Origin: Antedon mediterranea
Taxonomy: Eukaryota; Animalia; Echinodermata
NCBI RefSeq assembly: GCF_964355755.1
Contig: NC_092674.1
Coordinates: 16,182,001-16,246,000, forward strand
Length of the DNA: 64,000 nucleotides
Direction: 5' to 3'
The notes below the pieces were generated by a model. The model did no database searches. It was not told the origin of the DNA and saw only the letters and a list, made by a program, of their open reading frames with translations. Below, piece after piece: positions 26,853 through 39,994 of the stretch (within the stretch, counting starts at the first letter, position 1; every line of letters starts with the position of its first letter). Both the position numbers and the translations under genes were made by a program.

Positions 26853-26856
26853 GGCT

Positions 26857-28355
26857 GCGATTTTTTTTTTCGTACATAAGTTGGGGACCCCCTCATGAAA
26901 CGTCACAAAATATACATGAATAATTCATCAGTTAAATTTTCTTGTTCCGTGTTCACCCCACGTTAGTCTGGGCTCCAGACGGAGTTTTGTCTTAATATTA
27001 GTAAAAATATAAATATTTTTGCACATATGGCGTTTCATACGTGTATTACTTGAGTTTGGATACTCCGTCTGGGGAAACACGCACAAGTCACGTGGTTTGA
27101 CACCAAGAATTCTTGGTGCATACGATTATCCGGTTGACTAGTTTCAGCTGCATGTGATTGGCTACTCACTTGTACACTGTTTTAATATTCATATTTCAGA
27201 ATTTCAAAGACTCAACATCTAAGACGATGCGCATGCGCTATATTACGTTTAGACAATGTGCACTTGGGTACATTGATGACAGTTTCTGAAAGCTAGAAAT
27301 GATTTTATATGCCTAGTAGTCTGGTAAACATTTGATGGGATTTTTCCCAAGAACATGAAAACTCGTCTTGATATGATAGGCTAGCTTCTCCGCAAATCAA
27401 ACATTGAATGGATAATTTATTATGCGGAGATAATTTAATTTATTTCCCACCCAGCCATACCCTGTCCTGTTCTGTGTGGTGGTGTAGCCCTGTTGTGTGC
27501 CGGTGTAGCCCTGTTGTGTGCCGGTCGGTGGTGGTATGTACTTTATTGGCGTTCTATTTGGCAGGTCATACGTACGAGTTGAGTATCCCTACGAAGGAGG
27601 CCTAGGCCAGGACTAAACAATTAATAAACAAAACAACTTGGCTACACGATTTTATATTTCAACAGTTGTTCAGTCTCGATCGTACATTCAGCACTGTACG
27701 TACTCTATCTTTTTCATTTTGAAACAAAATGATCATTGGTTGATTCGAAATCCATATTTACATACCGCCCGCCCCATATAGCCAAATACGGTATGATAAC
27801 CTACGTCATTCTTATCGGATGTTTGCGGTCTCCAAATCGATTTCTATACGTGTTTCACAAGTCTGTATTTTCAGAGAAAAATCGCGGTCGAAATAAAAAC
27901 AAATAAATATAAAAAAAAGACAATAAATACAGACTTGGGGCAAGTCTAACCCCACGTATGTTTCCTAGAGAATTTCGCTACTGACGCATGCGCATTAACG
28001 CGCCGTTTTATAAACCACGCGCACTTGTTTATTTTGCGTAACGGTCGATTACATTTTGATCAACAATAGCAACAAGAGTGATTACACAAGTGCGGTACGA
28101 TTCTAGGCCTATCTCCGCTGTTGTTGCGGCGTGCGATTTCATAGAAGAATAGCGGTGTTTTGTGTGGATTGTCGAAATAATCAGCCTTTAGTTTATGGTG
28201 TTTTTAATATAATTTATTACTAAAGAATACGTGTTAAAATTATAGTTTCTATTAATACTATTAGGCTAAACATTAGTCTCTAAACCCATGTCTATATCTA
28301 GTACACTAGTAGTAGCTGTGTGGGTGTGTGTGACGTGTGTGTGTGTTAGGTATGA
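26857..28355. mobile_element. Second, interrupted copy of the MULE-like MITE
   Basis: TIR gcgatttttttttcgtacataagttgggg at 26857. Homology to the reverse complement of 21835-22120 resumes at ~28065. Confidence 0.7.
26964..27948. mobile_element. Non-autonomous DNA transposon with TAG...CTA ends and a 9-bp TSD (AcademH-like)
   Basis: accccacgt is duplicated at 26955-26963 and 27949-27957. Terminal hairpins gtctgggctccagac and gacttggggcaagtc. Confidence 0.7.
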
Positions 28356-28383
28356 CCAAAGATAGTTACACTATCTTTGGTAT

Positions 28384-29950
28384 TGTAACGAAAATCCGTC
28401 CTCGGGTTCGTTCCCTTTTTGGGGAAAGGTCTGCGGTACCACGAATGAACTAAACACACAAATCAATTACAATCTTTGGAGTAGCCTCCTTTATTCTTCT
28501 CTGATTTCTAATTTATTGGTACAAGTGATTATAATAATTAATCTGATTAGTTCTGTTATTACGCCGGACTGGAAATAGTAGCGTAACCACCGCCCGCACG
28601 TAACCTCCACAGCAACGCACACCAACACAATGGTGTAACCTCCAACTGCACGTAACCACCAACACAATGGTGTAACCTCCAACTGCACGTAACCACCAAC
28701 ACAATGGTGTAACCTCCACAGCAACGTACACCAACACAATGGTGTAACCTCCAACTGCACGTAACCACCAACTATGGTGTAACCTCCAACTGCACGTAAC
28801 CGCCAACTAAGGTGTAACCTCCAACTGCACGTAACCACCAACTAAGGTGTAACCTCCAACTGCACGTAACCACCAACACAATGGTGTAACCTCAAACTGT
28901 ACGTAACCACCAACTAAGGTGTAACCTCCACAGCAACGTACACCAACACAATGGTGTAACCTCCAATACAAAACAGTGAGCGTAGCCTCGGGCTAACCTG
29001 TCACTTTCTCACTGTTAATTTTGTAACAAGAAATCACGAAACAATACACTTACTACTTACTGTTTCTGTAATTCTCTCTTTTATTACTCAACGTTTAGTT
29101 TCCTCATGGACACTTGTTTTCTTTTTAATCTCTCTAATATCTCTGCTCTAAATTATACGTCTGCTCTCTCCTTCCTCTCCTTTTTTAACTCCCAGCTCAT
29201 CTTTTCTTCCACTCCCTGCTCCTCTGCTGCCCTCTATGTTTTCTATCTCCCCCCCCCCCCCCCCAAAAAAATCATTACATCACCCCCCTCCTAAAATGAT
29301 CGGTCCCCGATAATAATCCAAAATAATCACCAAAAACAAACAACATTAGGTCAAACATAGAACATAGCTGGTTATTGTTCGTAACGTGCAGGTCTCCGCC
29401 TTACACGTCTCCTGGGATACCTTTTCTCTGGGGGGGTCTGTGGAGATACAGGCGTATTGCCCCGATCACCGGGCTCCTCTGGGATAGTAAGCAACGGGCC
29501 TTCTTCAGGCGTTTCGGGCTGTTGGAGTTCTTCGTCCATTTCCTCCGGGACTGTTGGCGTCTCGTTACCTCCAGCAAGGGTCTCTTGTGCCACCCGAGCC
29601 AACGGACTCTCGTCTCCGGGGAGGATGTCCCAGCGGGCGATCTCCGTGCCCTCATACGGCTTCAGCCGGTCCACATGCACGACCTTTGGTTTCTTTCTCG
29701 GTCCCTCCTGGATGCGGTACACCACCTCAGATAACTTCTTTATAATCAAGTATGGTCCATGCCACTTACTCTGGAGCTTTGGTGATCTCCCGACAGTTTT
29801 TGCAGAATTATATAACCATACATGTTTCCCTGCTTTGAGATCCTGCTTCTGGGCTTTCTGGTCGTGAGTCGCCTTCTGACGGCGGGCACTGCTCTTAAGC
29901 GTCTCTCTGGCCCTCCCGTGGGCCGCCCGAAGTCTTGTCCTATACGATAC
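28384..29950 (-). mobile_element. Gypsy LTR retrotransposon 3' fragment: integrase C-terminus, PPT and one LTR (28384-29279)
   Basis: ORF with SPKLQSKWHGPY...VVHVDRLKPY (GPY/F module). Polypurine tract at 29283-29292. The LTR is bounded by TGTAA...TTACA. Confidence 0.88.
28580..28966. repeat. 37-39-bp minisatellite inside the LTR
   Basis: ggtgtaacctccaactgcacgtaaccaccaacacaat units, about 10 copies. Confidence 0.93.
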
Positions 29951-30934
29951 GTTTTTTTTTATTAGAGGGCTTAAATGCAAATTAATAAAATATTCAAGGT
30001 ATAGGCAAGTTATTTTGCAATTCTTAACATGGGGCGACATTAAAAATATATAGATACAAATTTGTTTTTGGTATTTAGATTTTTTTGTTTATGGTTGTTT
30101 TCATGGTTTTTTTTCAGTTTTTGTCGGTAATTAGACTGACCCAAAAGTACAGTTCAATAATTATATGATTTGTGGGCCGGAGATTCAAATTCAATACATA
30201 AGTTCGGCACAATTGCTGTACTTTTGCACATAACTTGAAACCGCTGCTGCAAATAAAGATTACCACCGCGCAATGCCGAGAGGGTGAATGTTTTTAATTG
30301 GGTTGAGATTGAGGTGCGAACAGTACCGCCCAATATTATTATGTTGCAAAAAGAAGACAAATGTTAAGTATTACGTGAGTTGACGACTACCATATGCGGT
30401 TGTGGTATCATATGTTCTTCCATACCGCATAGTCAAAATGAGCGAAATAAATATTTCATCAGCGGCACACTAATGATGAATTTGGTGTATGGACTGAACG
30501 TCATCGTTATGCACCATTATTTGGACAAGACTGCTAATTAGTAAAAATGTTATGTAAGTATTTCTCTATCGCCTCTTGATGTTTACCTATGTCTGGCTGG
30601 TTAAGGCAGCTATGGCCAAATTTGTATTATTTTTCTTTTATATTAGATTAAAGATCCATCAAAATAAACCCATTTATTCACCTAGTTAATAAATATTTTG
30701 CATTATTCTGTAAAATCAGGAGTTCGTTAGTTAGCTGGAAAGCGGAATCAAAAGTGTTCCAGTTTATCTTCCTGTAAGAGCATAGAGCCATGCTGTACAG
30801 TATAAAGTAAGGTATTACAGAGTTTATGGAAATAGCATAATGAAATTCAATGTCTAATGCTGTCATGCATTGCTAACATTTACAAAGATTCTGATATCTT
30901 ATATATAAAAGAGAAGTAGTACAGTAGCAGGAAA

Positions 30935-31058
30935 ATGGAAGATGGCAACTTCCGTATACGAGATGCAAGACCGGAGGATTGCGCTGCGATAATGAAGATG
31001 ATTGTGGAATTAGCAGTGTTTGAAAATTCAGAAGATTAAGTAGAAAACAGTACTGAAG
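30935..31058 (+). pseudogene. SAT2: SAT1/SAT2-like GNAT acetyltransferase exon 1 with an in-frame TAA at 31037-31039
   Basis: Translates MEDGNFRIRDARPEDCAAIMKMIVELAVFENSED*VENSTE. The donor after 31058 is phase-compatible with exon 2. TATA-like tatataaaag at ~30902. Confidence 0.8.
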
Positions 31059-32010
31059 GTATACTGCACATTACATTAAAAATGAAATTAAGGAGTAGTG
31101 TAGTATAGGTATATTAAATAGGGTACACTATTGTAACATTACTAAAATAAAGCACAAATTACCCATACATGTCCAGTACGGATTAGTGAGGCTTTCATCC
31201 CAGGACCATTTTGGCCCTGGGCATTTTGACCATATTTAGGAAATCTCAAGCCAGTAGCAACCCTAAACGATTTAACAACCAATAGATTTTAATATACTTT
31301 TTTTCATGAAGAAAACAATAACAAACAATAGGCTATTCTACTGAGATTTACAGTACTTTATTCACTTTACATGCACAGTGATTTTACCGCTGGAACTAAC
31401 CCATGGACAATAATTTGATCACTGGATGAACTGCCATTTTATGACTGCTGGGTCTTACGCACGGACTGGTTAACCAACTTATAGTATGACCCTGCTGTAA
31501 TGTAAACACTATGAAGATCCAATTTAATATCAACGGCGCAGATCCGTTTTTAATAGTGGGTGGAGGACGTATAAAAATGAAATACTTAGTGAGCAAAGCG
31601 AGCACTATTAGGCTGGGGACCGCCAAAGGCCCCCAGAAGCTGGCTCTTTGAATAATTTTTAGATCGTTTTAATCGATTTTGTGATCACATAAAAATCCCG
31701 CCCGGAAGAATATTATTTTGGGTACACACTTTTTAGGCACTGGTCCTGATGCGCCACTGGTTATATTCACTCAAAATCTATTCTTAATAGATACTGAATT
31801 TTCTGAAATTTCATACGATACGTCATGCATGTCAAAGAAGTCTTACTGTCTATTTCATTTCAACAATTTAATCTGCGCCGGTGTTTAATACTATAAGGTT
31901 TGTGCAAAAAAGTGTACATAATTAAAACTCGCACTTGCACACTTGTCTTCTGAAATGTAGCTTTCCTGTGAGATGTTTATTGAACTTGTTAAAACTCTTG
32001 TTTTTTTTAG

Positions 32011-32190
32011 GTCTACAGAAGGATATACTTGAACCAGGAAGCATTGTGTCTTGCATAGTAGCGGAATATAAAAGCCCAGAAGTAGAGACATTTGAAGTAA
32101 TTGGTTACAGTGTTTTCTTCTATACATACAGTACTTGGAAGGGAAAGGTGGTTTATATGGAAGACCTATATATCATGAAAGAGTTCAGAG
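32011..32190 (+). CDS. SAT2: SAT-like exon 2
   Basis: Contains VIGYSVFFYTYSTWKGKVVYMEDLYIMKEFR, the SSAT family signature. Canonical splice sites. Confidence 0.9.
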
Positions 32191-32234
32191 GTAAATGACC
32201 TACTAACTGACCTATGACCTACTTCTAACTGACC

Positions 32235-35200
32235 TTTTTTTTTTTTTTTATCTTATGTGGGTTCATCCCACTTTTATTTCCATACCACTGTTCTCTTTAC
32301 ATATATTTTTCACTATACACTAATACATATCATTATATTTACAATGTTTGTTTAATCATCTGTATACATATACTTATTTAAAGAGTTTTATTCATTTGTT
32401 TACATATTATCACATTGATTACATAGCTTCCTCTTTTTAAACATATTATCTGTAACACATTTTCATTAACAAGCTTATTTTTTTCTTACATAGTTGTTTT
32501 TGATTTTTTCATCTACCACATTTTCATTTAACAATGCATATTCTCTGTTATACTCATTACTTACTATATGTTTACTGTTAACATAATATTGTTCTCATTC
32601 TTTAACCTTAATATTAATATTTTTGTTCTTTAATGTTTACAAAACTTTTATTTCCAGCAGATCTTTTTTTGCATCTATAACTTCTTAAATTTTCATTTAA
32701 CTTTTTTACATTCTTCTCTTATGTGGATTCATTCCACCTTTTTTTTTTTTCTTATTTTGTTTATACATACATTATCATTTAACCACATTGATTACATGGT
32801 TTCCTCTTTTTATACATATTATCTATAACACATTTTCATTAACAAAGCTTATTTTTTTCTTACATAGTTGTTTTTTTTTTTTTTTTCATCTACATGCATA
32901 TTTATTTCATACAATTATAATACGTTTATGTTTAATAAATCCATCCCATGGGTTTGTCCCATTTTATTTTTCTTAGGATTTATCTATGCAAACATATTTT
33001 CATTTAAACAATGCTTATTCTCTGTTATACTAATTACTTACAAACTTTTTACTGTTAACATTATATTTTCCTCATCCTTTAACATTGATTTTTTTTTGAT
33101 CTTTAAATGTTTACAAAATTTATTTCCAACAGATTATCCTTTTTTGCATCTACAGTATAACCCATCAAAGTTTCATTTAACTTTTTTTTTCCTATGTGGG
33201 TTCATTCAATTATTTTTTTTTTTTACTTATTATTTATTCTATTATTTTTTCATACATACATTATCATTTAACAACATTTGTGTTTAATGATCCATTAAAA
33301 AAATTAGAATTTTTTTTTTTTCTTTTTAACCATTTTATCATTTCAAAATTCCACATGCAGTAAGAATGTGCAAATTACATATATACGGTATATACCTATA
33401 ATATGAAAGCTTTGATGAAAACACTTCACCACTTAAACCTAAACCTTCTTATCCTTCATCATTTTTTTTTATCATCAATCTATAAAAAGCTTTTCACATT
33501 TTGTCTTTTTGTTTTCAAATCATCAAGGTATACATATTTACAAAACATACAATATAGTAGCAAGAAAAAAAAAAAAAACAAAAACAAAAACAAAAACAAA
33601 AAAAAACAAAAAACATAATAGATTCATCATTCATGGTATCTCTTTTACATATTTTCTTCCTTAATCTGGTTGAGCATATACAGTATACCTGCAGATTTAC
33701 ATATTTCTTATCTTTTTTTCAGATTTAAACATTTGTAGGAGATTGATTTTTTTTTCTTTTTCCAATAAACTTAATATCTTTACTTTATAAATACAAAATG
33801 CTCCTAAAGTGTATAATTTATTTACGTAATTATTGTCAGTTTCAAATAAAAGTCTTTTGAAAGAAAAAACAGGAATATGTATGCTTACTGCTCTAATTAT
33901 TTCGTTTATCTCTCTCCATAAACATTTTACTGTTATGCACTCTACTAACATATGTTTATCATTCTCAATAACATTGCATGTGTCACAACATGGGGAATTT
34001 ACAAGTCTCCACCTATGTAATCTTTCATTTGTTGGCAATATTCTGTGCAACAATTTAAAATTAAAATGTGCCAGTTTTTTTTCTTTAAGACCAGAAACTT
34101 TCTTAACCCATATTTTTGTCCATGGCATATTACCAAATATGGATTCCCACTTAACCTGTGCCGTAGGTGTAATATATTGAGCATCTATTATGAATCTATA
34201 TAATTGTCTAGACATATTTAAGACCTTATTGTTTGTAATAGGTATATCATTTACATTAATGTCATGTGTTGATTTTAAAATACATTTCCATTCTTTTGGA
34301 ATGGCTTTCAATATACATGAATATTCACTGATCCAATTTTGTGTACATCTTAACCTTCTTTTTATCTCTATCGCAGGCTTAAACACATTATTATTTATTA
34401 CATCATATATTTTTAAAAACCCTGAACTAATCCAGTTACAGTTATATAACGGCTTCTTTTTAATACATATAAACTCATTACCCCATAATGATTGATTAAT
34501 AATGTCATCATAGCTTATTGGTTCCTTATTTAATCTATTATTACAAGCATTAGCTACTGCTATAGACTTAATAACTGAGAGGTAAAATGGTGGTACGGAT
34601 ATATTACACGGAACTTTTGATAAATTTGAGGTTAATGATTTTGGGCCTATCTTTTCTATATAAAATGTAGGTAAATATTTCCATTTGGCATCATCGTTTT
34701 CATACAGTCTCCTGTACCATTTAACTTGGAAAGATATTACCTGAGATCTGAATTCTACCATTTTTAGACCACCTTGACTGTAATTGGCACACATGGTTTT
34801 TCTTTTTATTTTCTCTTTCTTGGTTTCCCAAATGAATTTAAAAATTAATTTATCCACCTCTTTTATTACTTTTTCTGGTACTAGCAAAATGCAGGAATTG
34901 TATATAATTTTTGAGAGCGCTAATGTTTTTACAATAGTAATTCTTCCAAAAAAAGTGAGGTGTCTTTTCTCCCATGTTTTTAGGGTATTTTCTAATGCGT
35001 CTATTTTTTCTTTCCAGTTCTTTTGATAACAATATTCCTTATCATGTCCAACATAGATACCTAATATCCGAATTGGTGTGGATGTCCAAGAAATGTTACC
35101 ATGTGTGTCCTTGCAGTCTCTTAAACTGCCAAGCCAAAAAGCATTTGTTTTATTCTTATTTAATTTTAATCCAGAAACCTCTCCAAACTTTTCAATAATA

Positions 35201-35733
35201 CTTATGCTGTTATCTATACTATTTATATCCTTTAGAAAAAGCACAGTGTCATCTGCTAGCTGTGCAATCTTAATATCTTTAAATATACCATTGCCTGCAG
35301 GAACAATCAGGCCTTTGACCATATCACATGCTCTTATTTTTGTAGCTAGGACTTCAGCTACTAAAATAAACAATAGAGCAGACAAGGGACATCCTTGTCT
35401 AATACCTTGGTGCATTGCAAAACTTTCTGATTGCCAACCATTATTTGTGAATATACAATTTGTATTGTTATACAGTGCTTTTACCCAGTTCACAAATGAA
35501 ATACCAAAATTGAATTTATTTAAGGCTTCTATTAAAAATGATCTATTGACACTGTCAAATGCTTTTTGGAAATCTAAACTTATAAGTATACCTTCAAGCT
35601 GTTCATTTTCCATGTAAGTAATTATGTCCTCTATTAGTCTTATATTGTCACCACCAAAGCGACCTTTTACATACCCTTTTTGGTCATTGTTTATTATATA
35701 CTTTGCAACTCGATGTAATCTTGTTGTAAGAAC
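32235..35733 (-). mobile_element. 5'-truncated L1/Tx1-type LINE in SAT intron 2
   Basis: Poly(A) tail (T-run 32235-32249) and TSD aactgacc(ttt) at 32227 and 35734. Uninterrupted RT ORF and a ~1.45-kb 3' UTR. Confidence 0.93.
33697..35613 (-). CDS. LINE ORF2 portion: reverse transcriptase plus C-terminal CCHC zinc finger
   Basis: Motifs LDFQKAFDSV, GIRQGCPLS, QLADDT and CDTC...HMLVEC. The frame stays open upstream to the truncation point at ~35733. Confidence 0.92.
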   Translation of the reverse strand: MENEQLEGILISLDFQKAFDSVNRSFLIEALNKFNFGISFVNWVKALYNNTNCIFTNNGWQSESFAMHQGIRQGCPLSALLFILVAEVLATKIRACDMVKGLIVPAGNGIFKDIKIAQLADDTVLFLKDINSIDNSISIIEKFGEVSGLKLNKNKTNAFWLGSLRDCKDTHGNISWTSTPIRILGIYVGHDKEYCYQKNWKEKIDALENTLKTWEKRHLTFFGRITIVKTLALSKIIYNSCILLVPEKVIKEVDKLIFKFIWETKKEKIKRKTMCANYSQGGLKMVEFRSQVISFQVKWYRRLYENDDAKWKYLPTFYIEKIGPKSLTSNLSKVPCNISVPPFYLSVIKSIAVANACNNRLNKEPISYDDIINQSLWGNEFICIKKKPLYNCNWISSGFLKIYDVINNNVFKPAIEIKRRLRCTQNWISEYSCILKAIPKEWKCILKSTHDINVNDIPITNNKVLNMSRQLYRFIIDAQYITPTAQVKWESIFGNMPWTKIWVKKVSGLKEKKLAHFNFKLLHRILPTNERLHRWRLVNSPCCDTCNVIENDKHMLVECITVKCLWREINEIIRAVSIHIPVFSFKRLLFETDNNYVNKLYTLGAFCIYKVKILSLLEKEKKINLLQMFKSEKKIRNM

Positions 35734-36005
35734 AACTGACCTTTAATGTACCTGAATGCATCCAAAGATTTTGATTGGTTTCAATCGGTTAAAATTAAGC
35801 TGATGTATTTCTAACTATGTTATTATTATTTTTCACTGCTGAAACTGAACATTCTTAAAAGTTGAAATCCAACCCAAACCAAAAAAAATGGTTTTGATAT
35901 TTAAAAAATTCTTTCTGTTAATATAAACCAAATTTCAATAAAAAGTCAATTAGCATGTCACAAAAAAAGAAAATATAAATGTTATTCTTTACTTAAATTT
36001 TATAG

Positions 36006-36046
36006 GAATAGGTTACGGACGAATTTTGATGAGAAGGGTTGCTGAG
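36006..36046 (+). CDS. SAT2: SAT-like exon 3 (41 bp)
   Basis: Translates (G)IGYGRILMRRVAE and completes the acetyl-CoA motif RGIGYG. Confidence 0.88.
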
Positions 36047-36132
36047 GTAATTATGTCAAAAAATAACTAAAAAACGTGAATAAATGAATATATTTAATAT
36101 AAATAATTTCTAACTCATTATAATTTTTTCAG

Positions 36133-36303
36133 ATTGGTTTAGAGAAAGGTTGCCAGAGAATGCAGTGGGCAGTGCTGGGTTGGAATAAACCAGCAATTAA
36201 TATGTATAAAACAATCAACTCAATAGATTTAACAGCAACTGAGGACTGGCATATGTACACAATGTTTAAGCCTCAATTGTTAACATTTGTGACTAATTCT
36301 TAA
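36133..36303 (+). CDS. SAT2: SAT-like terminal exon
   Basis: Translates IGLEKGCQRMQWAVLGWNKPAINMYKTINSIDLTATEDWHMYTMFKPQLLTFVTNS*. Confidence 0.9.
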   Translation: MGLEKGCQRMQWAVLGWNKPAINMYKTINSIDLTATEDWHMYTMFKPQLLTFVTNS

Positions 36304-38364
36304 TTTTTCTATTTAAACACAATTTTCATTTTAGAAATGTTAGTATAATAATGTAATATTGTAATGCCTTTTCAACATGTTCTGCTTGCTGCTTTCCATG
36401 TGGCTACGTATGATTCGTTTACACCAGACATGTGGCTACGCGCATATCACGTTTTCGTCATGATTAATTTGCCGTATCAGACTGGAGCATGTGTGAAAGA
36501 CCATTCATTAGTCTGGTCAAACTACGGTTTGACCTAGACAAAATTAGAACAGAATTTATTTTTGTTGTGCTTCCTAACAGTAAGACCCATCTGAACAACA
36601 TATGAAAAATGGAGAAAAAGGGAAGATGAAGAAAAATTGCTAATTTGCATATAACTAAAATGGCCGTTTTCTCTCAATTTTACACAAATATCAGTATTAA
36701 AGCATCCGATTTTGGCAAACATATATTTTGCAAGAAAATCATGGAGATGTTTAAAAAATAAATTGTTACACTTTTAAAAATCCAAGATGGTTTAAAATAT
36801 ACTTCAAATATGGCTGCGATTTTTCTTATCCTGTATAAAACACCAAATCAAGTCTTTCACAATTGTCTGTCATAGGTCGTAGTCACGTATAGATTTTGCT
36901 TTTAGAAGCAGTCCTCATGAAACATTCATTTTCAGTATTAATATTGTAAAGTTTTCAAAGTAAAAGTTGGTCCTATTATCACCAATGGGAGTTTACGAAT
37001 TTGCTGTCGCATTTATAAATTCCAAAACAAAAATGAAATACTTAGATTCCACAAATATTATTTAATTTTACTTTATTGATAAAATCAGATTTCTTTCTTC
37101 TTCTAACAATGTTAGACAACTTTAATCATGTTTAATGAAGATTGAATTATCATGTATTTAGAAGATAGGCCTACTGAAAGTTTTTCAGACAAAAAATATT
37201 TATAAAAAACAAATTACCATAGATGTAAATAGATAAAACTCGCGTTATTCACCAAACTAGTTACCAATTAACAATAATTAACTATTAATAAATAAATTAG
37301 TTTGAATCTATGAAACATCCACATATCAATAATGAAATTACTAACTTATTAGGAATAGATGAATTTCTTTAAAGCTCGGGTACAGGCATGAATTTTAAAT
37401 ATAATATCTGGTTAATTGTACATAAATCAAATATTTGTAACAGAAATCAAGACGAAAAACCATGAATAATAATATGGTCAAATACAAAATTTGGCAAAAT
37501 TCTGCCAAAAAAAAAAACAGGAAGACTTTTTTTCAGTAGTTAGGTAGTTAACATAATGTAATAACATGTCTGGTGACTCCCTAGAAGGTGAAAAAAGATG
37601 GTGGATATACGGTGGATAATTTTTGCTATAGCATGAAAATAAAATTCTGAAGTTGAATAAAAATACCAGAAATGTAAAATTCAAGTTATATTACCTATAT
37701 TTATTCATCTGATAACATTTTTTACCACATCGTTTATTTTTCATAGCTTTTTAAAATGCCTCTCTATTTTCAAAATTTGTGTACAAAGGAATAGAGATTT
37801 TACTGTGTAATTTGAACTATCCCCCCACTGATAAGAAAGTGCTTATTTTCAACAAGCTTGTGTAACACAAATAAAATCCCCAAAATTATGAAACATAAGG
37901 GAAACTATAGATCGATAATTATTGGAATGTATAATCAATAGAAATTTTTTGCCCACACCTGGCCTTTAAAATCGTGACAAAACTTAAAATAAATTAAATG
38001 AATTATATATACTAAAATCTTGACAATTATAAAACAACATTACCAAAATACATTGATGAATAATTTAAATGTGCATATAAATATACTGAAATCTTGAAAA
38101 TTAAAATTATCAAACTACATTGATGAATTCATTAAATATTCTACAATCTTGACATAAATAAATTCTTAAATCATTTTAGCACAAACAAAAATATGAATTG
38201 TACAAGAATTAAGATAATTGTATAATAATAAAAATGCTTTTAACTGATATTAGTAAAAAGTTAACAAGTTTAAATTAGATAAAAATATGATTAAAACAAA
38301 ATCAAAACAGAGAGTTATCAATTGCAACTCCCTGATTAGTGATTGAATTCAATAAATAGCCAAA

Positions 38365-39379
38365 TCACAATGTATTAAGTGGAATCTGTAGAGGTGCCGG
38401 TTGACGCACTTTGCACTTAAACATATAAGCAATTGTGTAAAGATACGGATTGACTGAGGAGTTGATGGGTATGATGAATGTCGCTGCCCAAACATATATT
38501 TCATCAGGAATCGTCATCCAACCCGTCTCGGAACCAATTGCCATTACTATAATCGGGGCCCAGCAACAGAAATCAGTGAAAACTATCAGGCCTAGTTTTC
38601 TCGCCATTTTTAACTGTTCTTTTCTCTGCTGTCTTCTGTTGACAGTGGCCCCCGATCTCTTCACTGACAAGAAAATTGTCAGATAACTAAGTACAATTAC
38701 AAAAAAGCCGACGCCATTAAAGGCAACAAAAATGGCAACAGCATACTCCCAACCTGGCCACCGACTTCTGGTTAAAGGTAGTGCAAGGCACACACTTTCC
38801 TTTCCATAATAATTGTCACCAAAATACGATAAGTTTAATTCATTGGCTGTCACTGGAAGAAAACTCAGCACAATCCAGAATAGCCATCCGAAGCTGATAA
38901 TGATTCGACATTTTGTACGATTGAGGCGTTTCGTACTAAATGGATTAACAATGTTAATAGCTCGATCCACACTCAGCAGCATCAGTGTAAACACTGAACA
39001 TTGCCCAGAGAGTGTAGAAATAGCCCCTGCAAAACTGCAAAGAACACTATTTCTCCAAACTCTGGAAACCTTTCCGTATCTTCCTCTGTAATGTATATCC
39101 ACACTCGCAATGATGATCAGATAGACTGCCATCAGCAGGTCAGACACGGCGAGGTTGGTGATAAGTGTAGTTTGGACTTTGTTAATATCATTATCTTTTT
39201 TAAACTTTCGTGAAACGATAACAACAACATTCCCAATGACCGAAGATAACCCGATAATCATCATCAGCACACGGAGAAGTTCATTTTTTAGCAAGTCTTC
39301 ACACGATGCAAATGCATCTGAAGGTTCGCAGACATCGATGGCGCCCACAAGGCAACAGAGACTAGAGTATTCCGAGTAC
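38365..39379 (-). CDS. LRR-containing GPCR (RXFP/GRL101-like): terminal exon encoding the hinge and 7TM domain
   Basis: Hinge SLCC...C.P.DAFASCEDLL, then NLAVSDLLM, SVDR, CLALPL, TDFCCWAPI and PINSSVNPYLY. Acceptor at 39380-39381, phase 2. Confidence 0.95.
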
Positions 39380-39922
39380 CTAAAAGAATCAAATATAGCA
39401 ACATAATAAGTGATAAGTTATTATTTTGTTGTATCTTAAAAGAAAATGTTATTATATTTTGAGAAATTTTTAAAAATACTCAAGAACTAACATTCTTAAG
39501 TTTTGAAATTTGTGCACATTTTTAAGTCACCCACCTGCATTCTTGAAATACCCACATGCAACTAATTCAAGTTTACGTGTCTCCCTTTTATTTTCCAGTC
39601 CCGAACTGCGACTGGATTAACAGAATGCTCCTGTGACTTAAGCACAAATTTAGTGGCGCATTTGTGAATTTCAAAAACATGCAAAATTAAATTTTGAAAA
39701 ACAAGAGAGATCTTTATCGTCGTAAGTTTCCACTATCATCATGTTGATTGTAAACTAGTCCGTGTGGTGGCAGTCTTTCACAGATGGTTTTGGGGATTAG
39801 TAAAATACTTTTATTTCTATTTTTTTTTAAACTAGATTTTTTAATTTATTTTTTTCAACAATTACTTTATTTTTACCAGGGAGTTACTTGGATTGCCCAA
39901 ATTGTGAAAAATCATTACTTAC

Positions 39923-39994
39923 AATTCGTTTAAGCTTATCAATTGTTGAAAGGTCCTATCCCTGTAAACCTGTATCTTGTTGCCTTTTAATTTT
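39923..39994 (-). CDS. LGR LRR exon (72 bp)
   Basis: KLKGNKIQVYRDRTFQQLISLNE. ag/gtaag, phase 2-2. Confidence 0.88.

Noticed and set aside
28491-28841. Cys/Trp-rich repetitive ORFs
   Set aside because: They lie in the minisatellite inside a Gypsy LTR.
31037-31039. Selenocysteine or programmed read-through at the SAT stop
   Set aside because: The codon is TAA, not TGA, and no read-through context or SECIS was recognised.
32788-33618. Phe-rich + strand ORFs
   Set aside because: They are low-complexity antisense frames of the A-rich LINE 3' UTR.
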